DNA of 64,000 nt from Psilocybe cubensis (Eukaryota): positions 310,001 to 374,000 of the forward strand of contig CM039009.1 in the NCBI GenBank assembly GCA_017499595.2, written 5' to 3'. The stretch's first letter is position 1. Each line of letters starts with the position of its first letter. Both the position numbers and the translations under genes were made by a program. Shown one piece after another: positions 11,950 to 23,726 of this stretch. A model generated the notes under the pieces. The model had not been told where the DNA came from. It ran no database searches and saw only the letters and a list, made by a program, of their open reading frames with translations.

Positions 11950-13510
11950 GTGTTGTTGGATTGTTTCCCACGCCCTCAGGAGCTCGTTGAGCGTATCACC
12001 ATTTCCGTGGTGTCCCGTGTTTCTTTATCTCTACGTAAATTTGCGCTGCCATACCTACTGCGAACTGTATGTTTGGATGAAAGCCCCAAGCAAATCGTTG
12101 GCTTCTTGAGCTTCGTAATCGAAAACCAATCTGAACTCGGCGCGGATACATTGGGTCCTGGCGGGTACGTATTTGAACTTGAACTTCACGAGGCATTTGC
12201 ATTCAATACACATATCTTGAATGAGTCTGGGGACTGGGTCGTGGCAGAAGAGGAGCCATACCCCATAGCGACTTGGGCGCCCATGCTCAGTCGTGCTCTG
12301 AAGCTTATGCACAACCTTCGATCATTCGCCGTGAAAGGAAACACGGACGAAATCTGCGCCCATGCACCTAACTTTGGCCAGGCTGTATCAAGTTTATACA
12401 AACTCACCTCGTTGACGCTATGGGGAGTATGGACAGAAACGTCCCGCTCTTTTGGTCGTGCAGTGTTTTCTTCGACGACTTTCAGCTTCCTTCGTTACTT
12501 GGAACTCGTTGGTGAAGATGAGGATGATGACGAGGTAGATAGTATTGTGCATGTCGATCGTGGGATGGGCCAATTTTTATCAAAAATCAATGGGGCCAGC
12601 TTGACAGACCTTACCCTCGGCACACTTGACTTGATTGCTTATTTCGAAAATACTCCAGTTGTTTTCCCCTTCATTCGAAGCCTCACAATCGACAACTGCA
12701 GAACATCCTTAAAATCCCTTTCAGCCGCATTTCCCTCGATACAGACGCTCAACCTTGGTTTCTCCCTGTTTTTGCATCGATACTATCACTCGGATCCGCC
12801 GGCAAACATATCACTTTCCAATCTAGTGTCCATCGGAGGGCGATATAAGGATATCTTGGTTATCCTTAAATGCAATGCCTTCCGAGAACGCGTGCGTCGC
12901 GTGATTGTGTCGTTCACTTGGGATGGTCATGACGATGATGATGCCCTCCCATTCGCATTACCAAGACTTGCGCCGCAGCTCAAAAGTATCCATTTCAAGC
13001 AAAGCAAGGTACAACCTCTGGAATGGTGGACTGAATTTGGACAACATTTCTTCCACCTAGGATATCTTCAAATTACAATATACTCCAGCTCGGACGAGGA
13101 CTGGGATTTTATTGTGAGTGATTTTTTTAAAAGTGTCCAGCTTTGAACTTTAATGGATTAAACAACAGTGTAATAATATTCCAATTGCCATATCCTCAAT
13201 TCCGTTAGCCTACCTCTCCATAACCGTCCAGGAATATGCGAGTATAACCACCAACCCAGCATTCTCGGAAGAGTCCGTCGCACTTGCGTTTTCGAATGGC
13301 ATAACCTCGTTAAAATACGTTGAGGTTTTCAAACAAAATTTGACTGATCAGTCGGACAACTCACTGGCCGAGCAGAGATTCTGGTGGGAAATCGTTCGTA
13401 GGAGTAACTCGGCTGGTTTTGAGATGAAGCGACTGAGCTACGTGGAAGGGACTCGTCTACGAGACTATTATGATATGCAAGCTGCTTTTGCTTCCACTGA
13501 AATGTATTAG
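11950..13510 (+). CDS. F-box-like/LRR-like protein, paralog of 42838-44414; 5' end unclear
   Basis: 398-aa ORF plus a terminal exon after a GT-AG intron (~13114-13168) ending EGTRLRDYYDMQAAFASTEMY*. Shares WAPML..AL.LM.NLRSF.VKGNTD and LTSLTLWGV with 43080-44414. No ATG at the ORF start. Confidence 0.7.
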
Positions 13511-13667
13511 GGGTCGCATGGTATAAACCTTTATGCTTAAATTCGATATTTTTTCAGGAGCCACATAAGTGACGATGGTACGGTGAACTACATGTGCGAT
13601 ACCTGATATTATGATCCTCAAGTTCTAAACGTACATCTTGCATGTGTTAGGCCACAGAAACTCGGAT

Positions 13668-14814
13668 TCAAAATTGTTCTACAGTCTTCGTGACCCTGAT
13701 CTCCCCAATGTTGCATGTCGACGTACTCTGTGATGCCATGTTCATAGAAAGTGCTAATTGATGCAATTTCTTCCGATCAAGAACTTCTTTGATCTCCTTG
13801 TACAGGGTTCCGCGATACACCTTACACGCCATAATGCTGGTGATAGCAACGCTCGAGTCGAACATAATAAATCTTGCGCCCGGCGTCCCACCTGAGAGAA
13901 AAAAGATGAAGGCTACGAGTTGAACGATGACTGAGATTCTACGGTCATGGAATGGCAACAAATCAATCGGCGTCACCTTCTCTAAATGTTTAAGTTTAAA
14001 TTTACTCACAAATAGAAAGCCTGTCCTTCACCCAGCAGTCCTTTCCCAAATATTGGCACGAACATCCCCATCAGAAGCTCCTTCATACCATGCTCCATAC
14101 TTAGGTCCATCCTCACGTCCACGACGAGTCTCCCCGAGATAAACATGTACGCCAGGCATAAGTACAGCATCGGACCCAGCATCGCTGCTGCTACATATGG
14201 CTCAATCCTCTGATTGATAAGTAGATTGCATGCTGTTACTGGTGATCCGGGGGCTACGAGCGAGGTCCCATAAATTATGGTCGTCGATCCGGCAACCACT
14301 AGCGCCCACAACAGCCCGAATAACCAACCGGTATATCTGTCGTACTGGAATGCGCAGAGAATGCGGAGAAAGACGAGAAGGTGCGTGAAGGCTGTAGCTA
14401 CGACAAACAAGATTGCTTGTACAGTTTGTATCTGGCCACAAGCTGTTGCAGGCTGTGGGATTATCTGAAAGATAGCATCGGTCATAAGGTAGGACAGGAC
14501 GGACAATCTATTATTTGACATATCACTTTTGTGATAATTTCGAGTCAGAGAAGAACAAACCTAGCCAGAAAGTAGGCGAATCTCTTCATTCCCACTCTCT
14601 GCAGTAGCTTGGAGCTAAAGAGATAATTATCTCCCCTAATCTCGCTCAACATGTCCCAAATCACTACCTAGACTTTGAACATCACCACCGAGGCATCTAT
14701 GATATGCAATTAAGGCAGACTCACCGCCAAAGCACCGACAGCAAAAAAAGGTGTAAAATTGACATTAATTGCCTCACCCGCCCCCGTAGACGAGGCTTGC
14801 AATGAAGGGGGCAT
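13668..14814 (-). CDS. Multi-pass membrane protein, DUF6533-like (multi-exon)
   Basis: Exons encode FFAVGAL..VVIWDMLSEI..D, LLVFLRILCAF, LWALVVAGS and SVAITSIMACKVYR. Same architecture as 58453-59944. Confidence 0.65.
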
Positions 14815-16364
14815 GGTCTTACCCAGGGGTATGGATGAAAACTTTGATGTACGGAATGCTCATCTTATATAATGTCTGTTCTGATCCCGGGCATCACTCC
14901 TCCCACGCTTGCCTTTCAATCCCTCGATCCCTTGTCGCCAACAGCAGTTCATAGAACAAGCATGCTATGCTTCATCAGGCTTCACGGTATTTGAAGCTTG
15001 CGTTTCGCAGCACTTCCGCTGCGTGCTATTTATAACTTTATCTCAGTCGAGAACGGGAGAAGACTACGTTGTGACACTGGTTTCAACATTATTCCTAGTT
15101 AAAGAATCAGTGCGTCAAATTATTAATGGCAGAATGAAAGGATACAGTTTCTCTATGCCAGCCTTCCGTCTTGAAACGTTGTTATCAGAATCAGATTCAC
15201 GAGATACTGCCATTACTTACCAATAGAGTAGGATTGCCAGACGGCTATATAAAGAGATCCAAGTTCCTCAGCCACGTTGCAGCACTCGGCAGATGAGCTG
15301 ATGATCAGGATCGTGATTTGGATGGGCAGAACAAGTTGGGCTTATTTGGGCACTATAACAGATAGAAATGAAAAGACGCTGACCTTCCCTGATACAGTCA
15401 TATTTTGGACTGAAACTATTGGCTCAAAGTGCACCAAAAGTACAGATGCAGACAGACGGAACCGGAAGATGTCAAAATTGGCGGGACAGTCACCGTGCCA
15501 ATGTAGACAAAAATTAGTCCAAGAAGCCCCATGAACGGGCACATCCCGTGGGGGTAGAGACAATACCTAGACATTGCCCTCACAGAAACACGAAAGAGAA
15601 TGGGTGAGACCTTTGATACCATACACCTTATCATGGTATTGAACATGAATAAAATTGCATCCTGGAGGGAGTATGAGTAAACTGGGTCAGAACTGGAAGA
15701 TGGTGGATGCTTTCTAACAACCTATCGAAGTTCAAGCATACCAAGAACAGCTCAGTGAATGGCATGGTCATTGGTTATCGATTTGGGAACCTCAACGATG
15801 GATGTCCAGAAAAGCACTTCTACATCATTCGAGACTGCTGTGAGATGAATCACTAGCCCAAAAAGGTAATTTTGTAGAAACGCGAGAAGGAACCTGAATG
15901 AAGATATTCAGATTGGGCCTCACTGTTTTGGAGAATCGAAGGACCCAACTATGGTGATCTTCCGAATCAGATCACCGTTACTGTGGAGATCATGATTTCA
16001 TGAATGAACGCCTTGAAGCATAACACGGGAATCCGTTAGAGCCGACACATCTCCTGGCAACAAAACAACGTGGAAATAATATAATTGTAATAAATATGGC
16101 ACAAGAGCAAAAATTATCAAAAACATACTTCTACAGAACATGTCCGTTACAGGGATACGAGGATAACTGGCAGAAATAATTCAGAAAGGAGAGGATGGGT
16201 GAAAAAGAGAGGGATTGGCCAGCCAACCGATAAAGGCGCCGCTGGCATGTCGTGTACATCTCACGCAAATTTTTTTGTTTCATGAGCGCGGAATAAGAAA
16301 GGTTGAGCAGCACAAACGAAAGAGAGAGCAGCGTCGGACAACTGAAACAAGAGTTCATACGTTC

Positions 16365-17004
16365 CTACTTCTTGCCAAACAGGCTTTTCTTTTTCTTCTT
16401 TTCCTCATTACTTGCTGAGCTTTTGAGGCTGGCAGAAGAGTCTGTGCGATTTATTTGTGGAGGTGATGTAGCAGATGAAGTAGTAGACGAGTCGGCCCTG
16501 CGGAAAGAGGATGCACCCATGGCCTTTACGATACCACTGCAGTCGTTGCATGTAAGGAAGGTGTAAACAACACGTCAGGAAAAGAAGACGCACCGCTGTG
16601 TCGCATCAACATAGTCCTCCCTCCCAAATCGCTTCGAAGTCTTCACAGAGACACCCGTACTCGACACGTCTAGCCCCTTTGACTTCAATCTGCATCCAGA
16701 CCGCGACGAGTTAGTGTCCGCTCTAGAGAAACATATTGACGCCACTCACGAAGCTTGCGTCGATGATAATCCTTCATTGATAGACTTGACCACGTAGAGT
16801 ATCCCGTATATCACGCCTCCGAATACTGTGATTGTCTAGCATTGTGGGAGAAGTAAGCAGTGGGTTTGGGCTGATGGTATGAACGGAAGCGGGAGCGCAC
16901 CGCGATGAGAGAAAAAAAGTCTACCCTATTAAAAGCTCACGTCAGAGTCGTATCCCCAGCAAAAGTTCGTGCCCAATCACAGAATCCACATACCAACTAG
17001 CCAT
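16365..17004 (-). CDS. Small hypothetical membrane-anchored protein (multi-exon)
   Basis: MASW start then a GTATGT intron. Later exons give TVFGGVIYGILYVVKSI, LKSKGLDVSSTGVSVKTSKRFGREDYVDATQR and GIVKAMGASSF...KKKKSLFGKK*. Confidence 0.6.
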
Positions 17005-17728
17005 AGTTTGAACTATGAATAAGGTTCCAAATTGAAAAGTTGTGGTTGGTCGTACCGTAGCCTGTATGTTTCGGATGGATCGAATAGAAAACGAAAGGAG
17101 GGGTCGAGTTGTCGTGAAGGTTCGATAATAAGATATTACAATGGGAAAGAGGTCCAAAGATTTGCTGATGTTGATGGGCGCGGTCCAAGCTTAAGCGGGC
17201 GGTGTCGTGGATGTAGGCTTGTAGACCGTGGGAATATGTGGCTATGGCTGTGCGCCACCAGTAAAAAGGCGGTGGTATGTTGGAGTTTTCTTCCCCTGCC
17301 CCACCTAGCTTCGGTATTAGTACTCTCGAAATGGCTTGACACGACAAGAGAATAAAAAAGGTAGAAAGGCAGTGTCCTGCTGCCTCTGCATCAGGTTCCT
17401 TTCACCTCTGGTGCTTTTCACGTGAGTCTGGTATTTCTTTTTAAGAAACGGACACGGTTAGGTTAGGTTAGGACGGTGACAACCAGACCCCTGGAGCACT
17501 GATAAACTGGTCCAACGGGTACATATATTGAGCTCTGATATTTAGCACTTCAATAATTTACAACTTGAATAAATTAAAATCTATTCTACTTGTCGCTCTC
17601 GACAATGACTCTTTTGTGGACCTCGATATGTAAACGAGAGATTTGATTTTGGTGCGCTAGTTGCTTTATTTGATCCAAAGAAGCCTGATCTTCTACCACC
17701 TTGTCGATGTGGAAATCAAGGTGAACTC

Positions 17729-18366
17729 TTACATTGTACGGCTGCCAAGTGTTTCCGCAATGTGGCGCAGGTCAAGGTCCTTCGTGCGTCCTTTGTAAAA
17801 AAACACCGACAAGTTTCTGAGAATGCAGGTCTGTCGACTGTCTAGCTTCAGCCTCTTCAGCGTAGCGTTGGAAATGAATGCGTTTGATGAACTTGATCCA
17901 CGGTGCGTCAATCGAAACTCCTCCAAACAATGTCCGCCTATTTTAAGCAAATCCATCAAATCCCCCTCGTTCACATCAAAACACGACAATTTCAGCACTC
18001 TGAGCTTTTGTGCTCTATGGGCTATGAACGCGCCGATGCTGGACATATGGGGACCACTTCCGATTCCAACCCCTAGTGTCAAGTCGAGTGTGTCGAGCGC
18101 TGGGCAGCACATATGGTTTAACAACCATCGGCAGTTTCCAGGGGATCCCAGGTAGGCAGTAAAAGAAGAAAGACGAGTCAAGGTGACTGGGACGTGAACA
18201 AAGGCTGATGCATAAACGCCTGGCTCCTCTGAATTGGTATACACAATTCCTTCCACTTCCGTAAACGTAAACATCTTGACAAATTCCAAGATAGTCTGTT
18301 CGTGTATGGTAGCCTTTCGATATGGCGCTGAGTGACTATGACTATTGACGACAATTACCCGGCCTG
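17729..18366 (-). pseudogene. 3' part of the F-box/LRR gene split by the transposon nest
   Basis: LRR-like segments (CPALDTLDL, LRVLKLS, LEEFRL). Reads in frame with 41275-41808 once the four insertions are removed. Confidence 0.85.
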
Positions 18367-19464
18367 TATGGCTGTCCGTTTGCACATTTAATACCAATCA
18401 TTAATCTTTTTGTCCCATACATATAAAGGACATTTTTACACAATGCGGATTATATATATTGGTGTCCCGATCATAGAGAACTAGCTTCCGAAGATAGAGG
18501 AAATCATCCCAATCATTGTATTTACAGGACCTTCAGCTTTAATGAAAGGTACGGACATATATGCATCTATCCCCTACATAGGAAATCTTATACCATACTT
18601 TGAAACCACCTCCCCATATATCTAACATTTTTTCCGAAGATATAGAGTCGTTGAGATGACCATCTTGCGTGCCGTCACTGCCGAATCCGTGTGGGAATTA
18701 TGTTGGTACCCCGCTTTGGGGTGGATAGCTACTCGTGGAGCAGCTAGGCGAGTGTTTTAAGTTCACAATATGGATTTAAAATTTCACGATTGACAAAAAA
18801 AACACCAAACCTGTGCGTATAGCTGACACTGAATAGATTGACTACCTATAACCTCATTTTCAGGTGTATTTAACCTTAACCAAGCTTAACACATCCGCTA
18901 CTAGCTGTCATCACAGCGCTTGGCTCAGAAAAAACACGAAATAATGCTGTATTCAGCTTACATTGTAGCATTCACAATCGGTTAGTATTTGAAACTTTGT
19001 CAGTGCTTACTCTGCCAGTGTCAAGGTGAAAAAACAGCAATGTGCTGTGATTTGTTTGGCTGATTGCCGATATTTGTCGAATTCGCACGAAGGCAAGCTT
19101 GCCTCGGCATAAAAAAATGCCGAAAATCGCCTGTATATCTTCGGGACGACGACAGGTAAAATCTAAAATTGCCGGAACCAGTAGATATATGTGGGGGAGC
19201 AAAAAATGTATGAAAGGGTATGAGTTTTCTATGTAAGGGATTCTAATATATATATGTGGGCTCCAAAACTATATGTATGGTACTCAAAGTTGTACCTAAG
19301 GTTACAATATACAAATGTGTGGATATGGGATCTTTATGATTGGAAGCAATTTTTCTATCTTCGGACACCATAAGATATACTTATCGGAAGACTTAGTCCA
19401 AGACTTCTAAGTATGGGACATAAAGATTAATGATTGGTATTAAATGTGCAAACGAACAGCCATA
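18367..19464. mobile_element. Non-autonomous TIR element 1, IS3EU-like (1098 bp)
   Basis: ~54-bp near-perfect TIR starting tatggctgtccgtttgcacatttaatacca. 6-bp TSD ggcctg (18361-18366, 19465-19470). TAY..RTA ends with a 6-bp TSD are the described hallmark of IS3EU. Confidence 0.85.
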
Positions 19465-19500
19465 GGCCTGTGGTCTGAATTTGGTGCAACCTTGGTGCAG

Positions 19501-20406
19501 TATGGCTGTCCGTTTGCACATTTAATACCAAAGTATAAACTTCTTTCCCCATACATATAAATCACAATTTTTCTTGAACCCAACTACATACCTTGGTGTC
19601 CCGGTTATAGAGAGATAATTTCCGAGCATAGAGGAAATTATCCCGGTCATTGTATTTGCATGCCCTTCAGTTTGAATGGGAGCTGCACACATAAGGGTAT
19701 GCTATCCATACATAAAAAAACTCAGTACCATAGTTTGTGACCCTCTCCGCATGTACCTCAACTTTTGTCCGAAGATATAGAATGCAATTTTCTGTCTGCA
19801 ACCTCAACTTAGGCCTTTTTAAGCCTTAGCACGGTGACTGGGCTGGTCAAAGCACTCGTCTCAAACTATGAAGACAACCTACTTCTGTAATCAGCCTACA
19901 CAGGAATATATTTACTGATTAATTGGATAAATGTGCATCTTTTTAATGTTCAATCAGCGTGTGTCGATAGGCATACAGGCAATGAACTGTAATTTGTGTC
20001 CACATTTGCCAAGATTTGCCGATTCTCACGATGTCTAGGCATGCACGGCATAGACAGAATGCCGAAAAATGACTATATATCTTCGGGATGAAGAAAGGTA
20101 AGAACAATCATACGGGGAACCTTCAGATATAAGTAAGGCAACAAAATATGTATAAAAGGGAGTGTTTTCTCTATGTAAGGGATTGTAATTTGTATATGTG
20201 GGCACCAAAACTATATGTATGGCACTCAAAGTTGCATCTGAGGATGCAACCTATGAATATATGGATACTGGATTTATATGTTCGGAAACCATCTCTCTAT
20301 ATCCAGGACATCAGAGTGTGTATATGGAATTGTGTAGAATTGAGACTTCTATGTATGGAACAAAAAGTTTATTGATTGGTATTAAATGTGCAAACGGACA
20401 GCCATA
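19501..20406. mobile_element. Non-autonomous TIR element 2, IS3EU-like (906 bp), related to element 1
   Basis: Same 30-bp terminal sequence as element 1. 6-bp TSD gtgcag (19495-19500, 20407-20412). Subterminal regions are diverged homologs of those in element 1, in the same orientation. Confidence 0.85.
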
Positions 20407-20816
20407 GTGCAGAGATGGAAACCCTCAGTTGACCATACTGGTTTATGGCTGCCCAAGTGGGGAAATATTCCCCGTAAATATAATTTGCTTATTTTTGAGA
20501 AGTCCGTCAAGAATAAAAAAAATTGTGCGCGGAAACATTTTTTTGGTGCGCAGATTGCTTTCTGGGGTAGTTTGAAGATTCTGTGAACACAATTTGCTGT
20601 GCGGAAACATATGTCAGACATATATTACAAGCCCGAGTACATTATTTCTACCCCAAATTATACTTCATGTGTAAATTACCTGCACGTAAATACATTTTGT
20701 GCGCTGAACAAACCTTGTAATGCGCGGAAAACATTGTTAATTCTCACCCAAAGTGGCCAGCCGCAATTGCCGTGATTATGTAAATTGATCCATTATGGCA
20801 CTTTGGCACTCTCTCA

Positions 20817-21482
20817 CACTGCGGGCGCCGACCGCTGTAAGTTGAACATACAGCAGTAAACTTACATGTCTTATGTAAGTTTAGGTGTATGTTCAACTTA
20901 CAGCACATGTGTCAGGAAAACAAACATTTAACAAAGACATATTGTGTTTGGTGGCTGTATGCCGACCAAACACAATTACTGTAAGTAGCCTGTAAATAGA
21001 ATAAACACCTAAATTACACAAATTATCTTTGTCCGGTGTTAGTACAACATACACATTTTCTGTAAGTTGTACAAACAGCACTTACTGTAAGTAAAAATTA
21101 CACACAAAGAAAACAATTTGTGTATGTTAGACTTACACAAGTTTTTCAATTCATTTAATGGTGTAAGTATAACATCCAGAAATTGTTTTCTTTGTGTGTA
21201 ATTTTTACTTACAGTAAGTGCTGTTTGTACAACTTACAGAAAATGTGTATGTTGTACTAACACCGGACAAAGACAATTTGTGTAATTTAGGTGTTTATTC
21301 TATTTACAGGCCACTTACAGTAATTGTGTTTGGTCGGCATACAGCCACCAAATACAATATGTCTTTGTTAAATGTTTGTTTTCTCAACACATGTGCTGTA
21401 AGTTGAACATACACCTAAACTTACATAAGACATGTAAGTTTACTGCTGTATGTTCAACTTACAGTGGTCGGCGCCTGCAGTG
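20817..21482. mobile_element. CAC..GTG (CACTA/CMC-type) foldback MITE, 666 bp
   Basis: Ends cactgcgggcgcc / ggcgcctgcagtg. Near-identical ~300-bp inverted arms around a ~60-bp spacer. 4-bp TSD ctca (20813-20816, 21483-21486), confirmed against the uninterrupted opposite TIR of element 3. Confidence 0.85.
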
Positions 21483-22592
21483 CTCATGGAGTTAAAGCTC
21501 CGACTGAAGGCATAACTTAGAGTTGGAATTTCAATACAAGGGTCGTTTTCCTGTACAGCTATTTATGAAGTACTATTGGTCAGTAATTACACTTTTATTC
21601 ATTAATCACTGTCTTATCATGACTTTATAATCTTATTTATACATGCTTAGCTTCACAGACGTGCAATATACAGGCAAAGATGTCTGATTGATCTTTTTCC
21701 CACAATATATGCAGTTTTCATATAGTCCCAGGGCTGTCGGAGATGGTGCACAAGCTGTATCACCAATGGGGAGCTTGTAAAAGCACCAGATGGGTGTCAT
21801 CATATAACACTTAACCCAAAACTTGTTGGTACCTTACCCTACAGAATGGTAATAGCAAGACACTTGTTGCGCAGGACAGTCGGAGCTTTAACTCCATGAG
21901 AGTGTGCCAAAGTGCCATAATGGATCTATGGTGAGTCTAGTCCTGGCGTAGTGGAAGTCACACGCGAAGTTTGGGTGCAAAAATGTAATATTTTTGTCGC
22001 CACATCTCTTTTGCGTGGGGACACCCAGACTGACACGTGAAGTCTCGGCAAGGGTGTGTGCCCAGGCTCAAGCCGGAACAGGTGAGTGTATATACAAAGT
22101 AAACTGAGTAAAAAACGAGAATGAAAAAAACAAGACACAAGCAAAGAAAGAACAAAAAAGAAATGGGAAGTGGTAAGGGTGGGGAAGCAAAAAACAAGCT
22201 CTAGGCAGAGCCTAACGAGCTGTGTGAGTAAGAAGAGAGATATAAAACGAAGTCTAATGAACCTAACGAGCTGTGTGAGTAAGAAGAGAGATGTGAAGAC
22301 ATGAAGAGAAAACGAGATCTATATACAAGCTGGAGAACAAAGGCCTTTGAAAAGCTGCGAGGCGAAATCTAATCTGATCAACGTGCCACACGCAACGCAA
22401 GAGATCCTTCCCTCTCATAGACCCGGATCAAATGAGTTTGATCTCCTCATCTATGGTGAGTCCAGTCCTAGTGTAGTGGAAGTCACACGTGAAGTTTGGG
22501 TGCAAAAATGTAATATTTTTGTTGCCACATCTCTTTCGCGTGGGGACAGCCAGACCGACACGTGAAGTCTCGGCAAGGGTGTGTGCCCAGGC

Positions 22593-23726
22593 TCAAGCCA
22601 CCGGGATAGCCCAGGGGAGAGCCAGCGGATCGGGAACTGGAGAAGGCACAAGGGCCAAATGGAGACAAAAAGAAAGATGGAGTGTGCGGTCTGGAGGGGT
22701 GTCGATGTACAGTTTGTAACAGTCGCTGCGCCAGCGGCCCAAAAGTTGAATCTCAAAATCCGAGTATCCTGCGCAGGCGGCGGAAGTAGCAGCGCCGCAC
22801 CGAAAGCTATGACCCGAATACTTGGACTCATTGACCCCAACAGCAGCCAGGCGGTTTTTAAGGGTGGAAATGAAAACCTGCCGTGACAATAGTGTGCCAG
22901 AAGCATCCGCAAAGAGTGGGGCTGTGGGTGCACGTGGGTCTGCAAGGAATAGTGCTCTAAGAGCTGTCATAGGACACGTAAGAGAGCCGCTAGGCGCCCG
23001 TGCAATGAGTATCGTAACACCAGAACGGAAGGGGTTAGTCTTGGATGCAGGGAGAGTAAGACAGAGGTGGGTAGGGTTATTGATGGAAGGGACAAACTCG
23101 ACGGAGGATCGGGAGAGATGAGTAACAGGGTTGAATTTGGTATTATTTGGGACTGTAAACTCTCCGCAACGCAAGAAACCCGCCCATGTAAGTTTAATAG
23201 CAGCGTCAAAGTTCAAATTGTCGAGGAAGGCAAGGTTTCCAGCAGCAGAGGAGAGTCGCTGAAGAATGCTGAGGGTGATAGGGAGCTTGGGGACACGATG
23301 GTCGCCGTAGACCATTTTGATTCCACGAAAGACGTGCTGTGTAGTGGGCGAAGTAATGCATTTGGGGGAGAGTCCAGCGTCAACATGCAAGGAACGAACA
23401 CCGGACAAGTAGGATTTAATTATTGTATACTTGAGCCCTCTATCTGCAAGGGAGGCCATCCATTCGGCGATGGCAATGGGATTGGCGGGGAGGAATACAC
23501 CGGGCTTTGCTTGGTATTTTGGGTTGAGGGTGACAAAGTCAAGATAACTTTTTTGGGCTGATGAATAGGTTTTGCGAGTGCTGGCAGCGAGGCCGTGCCA
23601 GAGGTAGAACGCGGCTCTACGAGAGAACTCAGAGTGCGCTTTATACCAGTGATCTGGGACTTCATTGATGAGGAGCTTCTTTCGAGTGTCGGCCGCAGAA
23701 GGAAGAGACGGCTGTACTGAAAACAA
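22593..23726 (-). CDS. Tyrosine recombinase of the Ngaro-type element (mutated)
   Basis: Motifs YLSGVRSLH, GFLRCGE, SKTNPF, YSGHSFRCGAAT and IQLLGRWRSDCYKLY. Overlaps the RT/RH ORF at 23420-23726. Confidence 0.9.
   Translation of the reverse strand: MFSVQPSLPSAADTRKKLLINEVPDHWYKAHSEFSRRAAFYLWHGLAASTRKTYSSAQKSYLDFVTLNPKYQAKPGVFLPANPIAIAEWMASLADRGLKYTIIKSYLSGVRSLHVDAGLSPKCITSPTTQHVFRGIKMVYGDHRVPKLPITLSILQRLSSAAGNLAFLDNLNFDAAIKLTWAGFLRCGEFTVPNNTKFNPVTHLSRSSVEFVPSINNPTHLCLTLPASKTNPFRSGVTILIARAPSGSLTCPMTALRALFLADPRAPTAPLFADASGTLLSRQVFISTLKNRLAAVGVNESKYSGHSFRCGAATSAACAGYSDFEIQLLGRWRSDCYKLYIDTPPDRTLHLSFCLHLALVPSPVPDPLALPWAIPVA

Noticed and set aside
18361-20460. CRISPR-like repeat-spacer array
   Set aside because: The repeats are ~1-kb TIR elements with TSDs, the 36-37-bp spacers are contiguous host ORF pieces, the genome is eukaryotic and no cas genes are present.
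20893-21406. Duplicated 62-aa ORFs on opposite strands (also 50620-50811 / 51197-51430 and 20386-20621 / 27142-27371)
   Set aside because: Artefacts of inverted repeats; no coding features.
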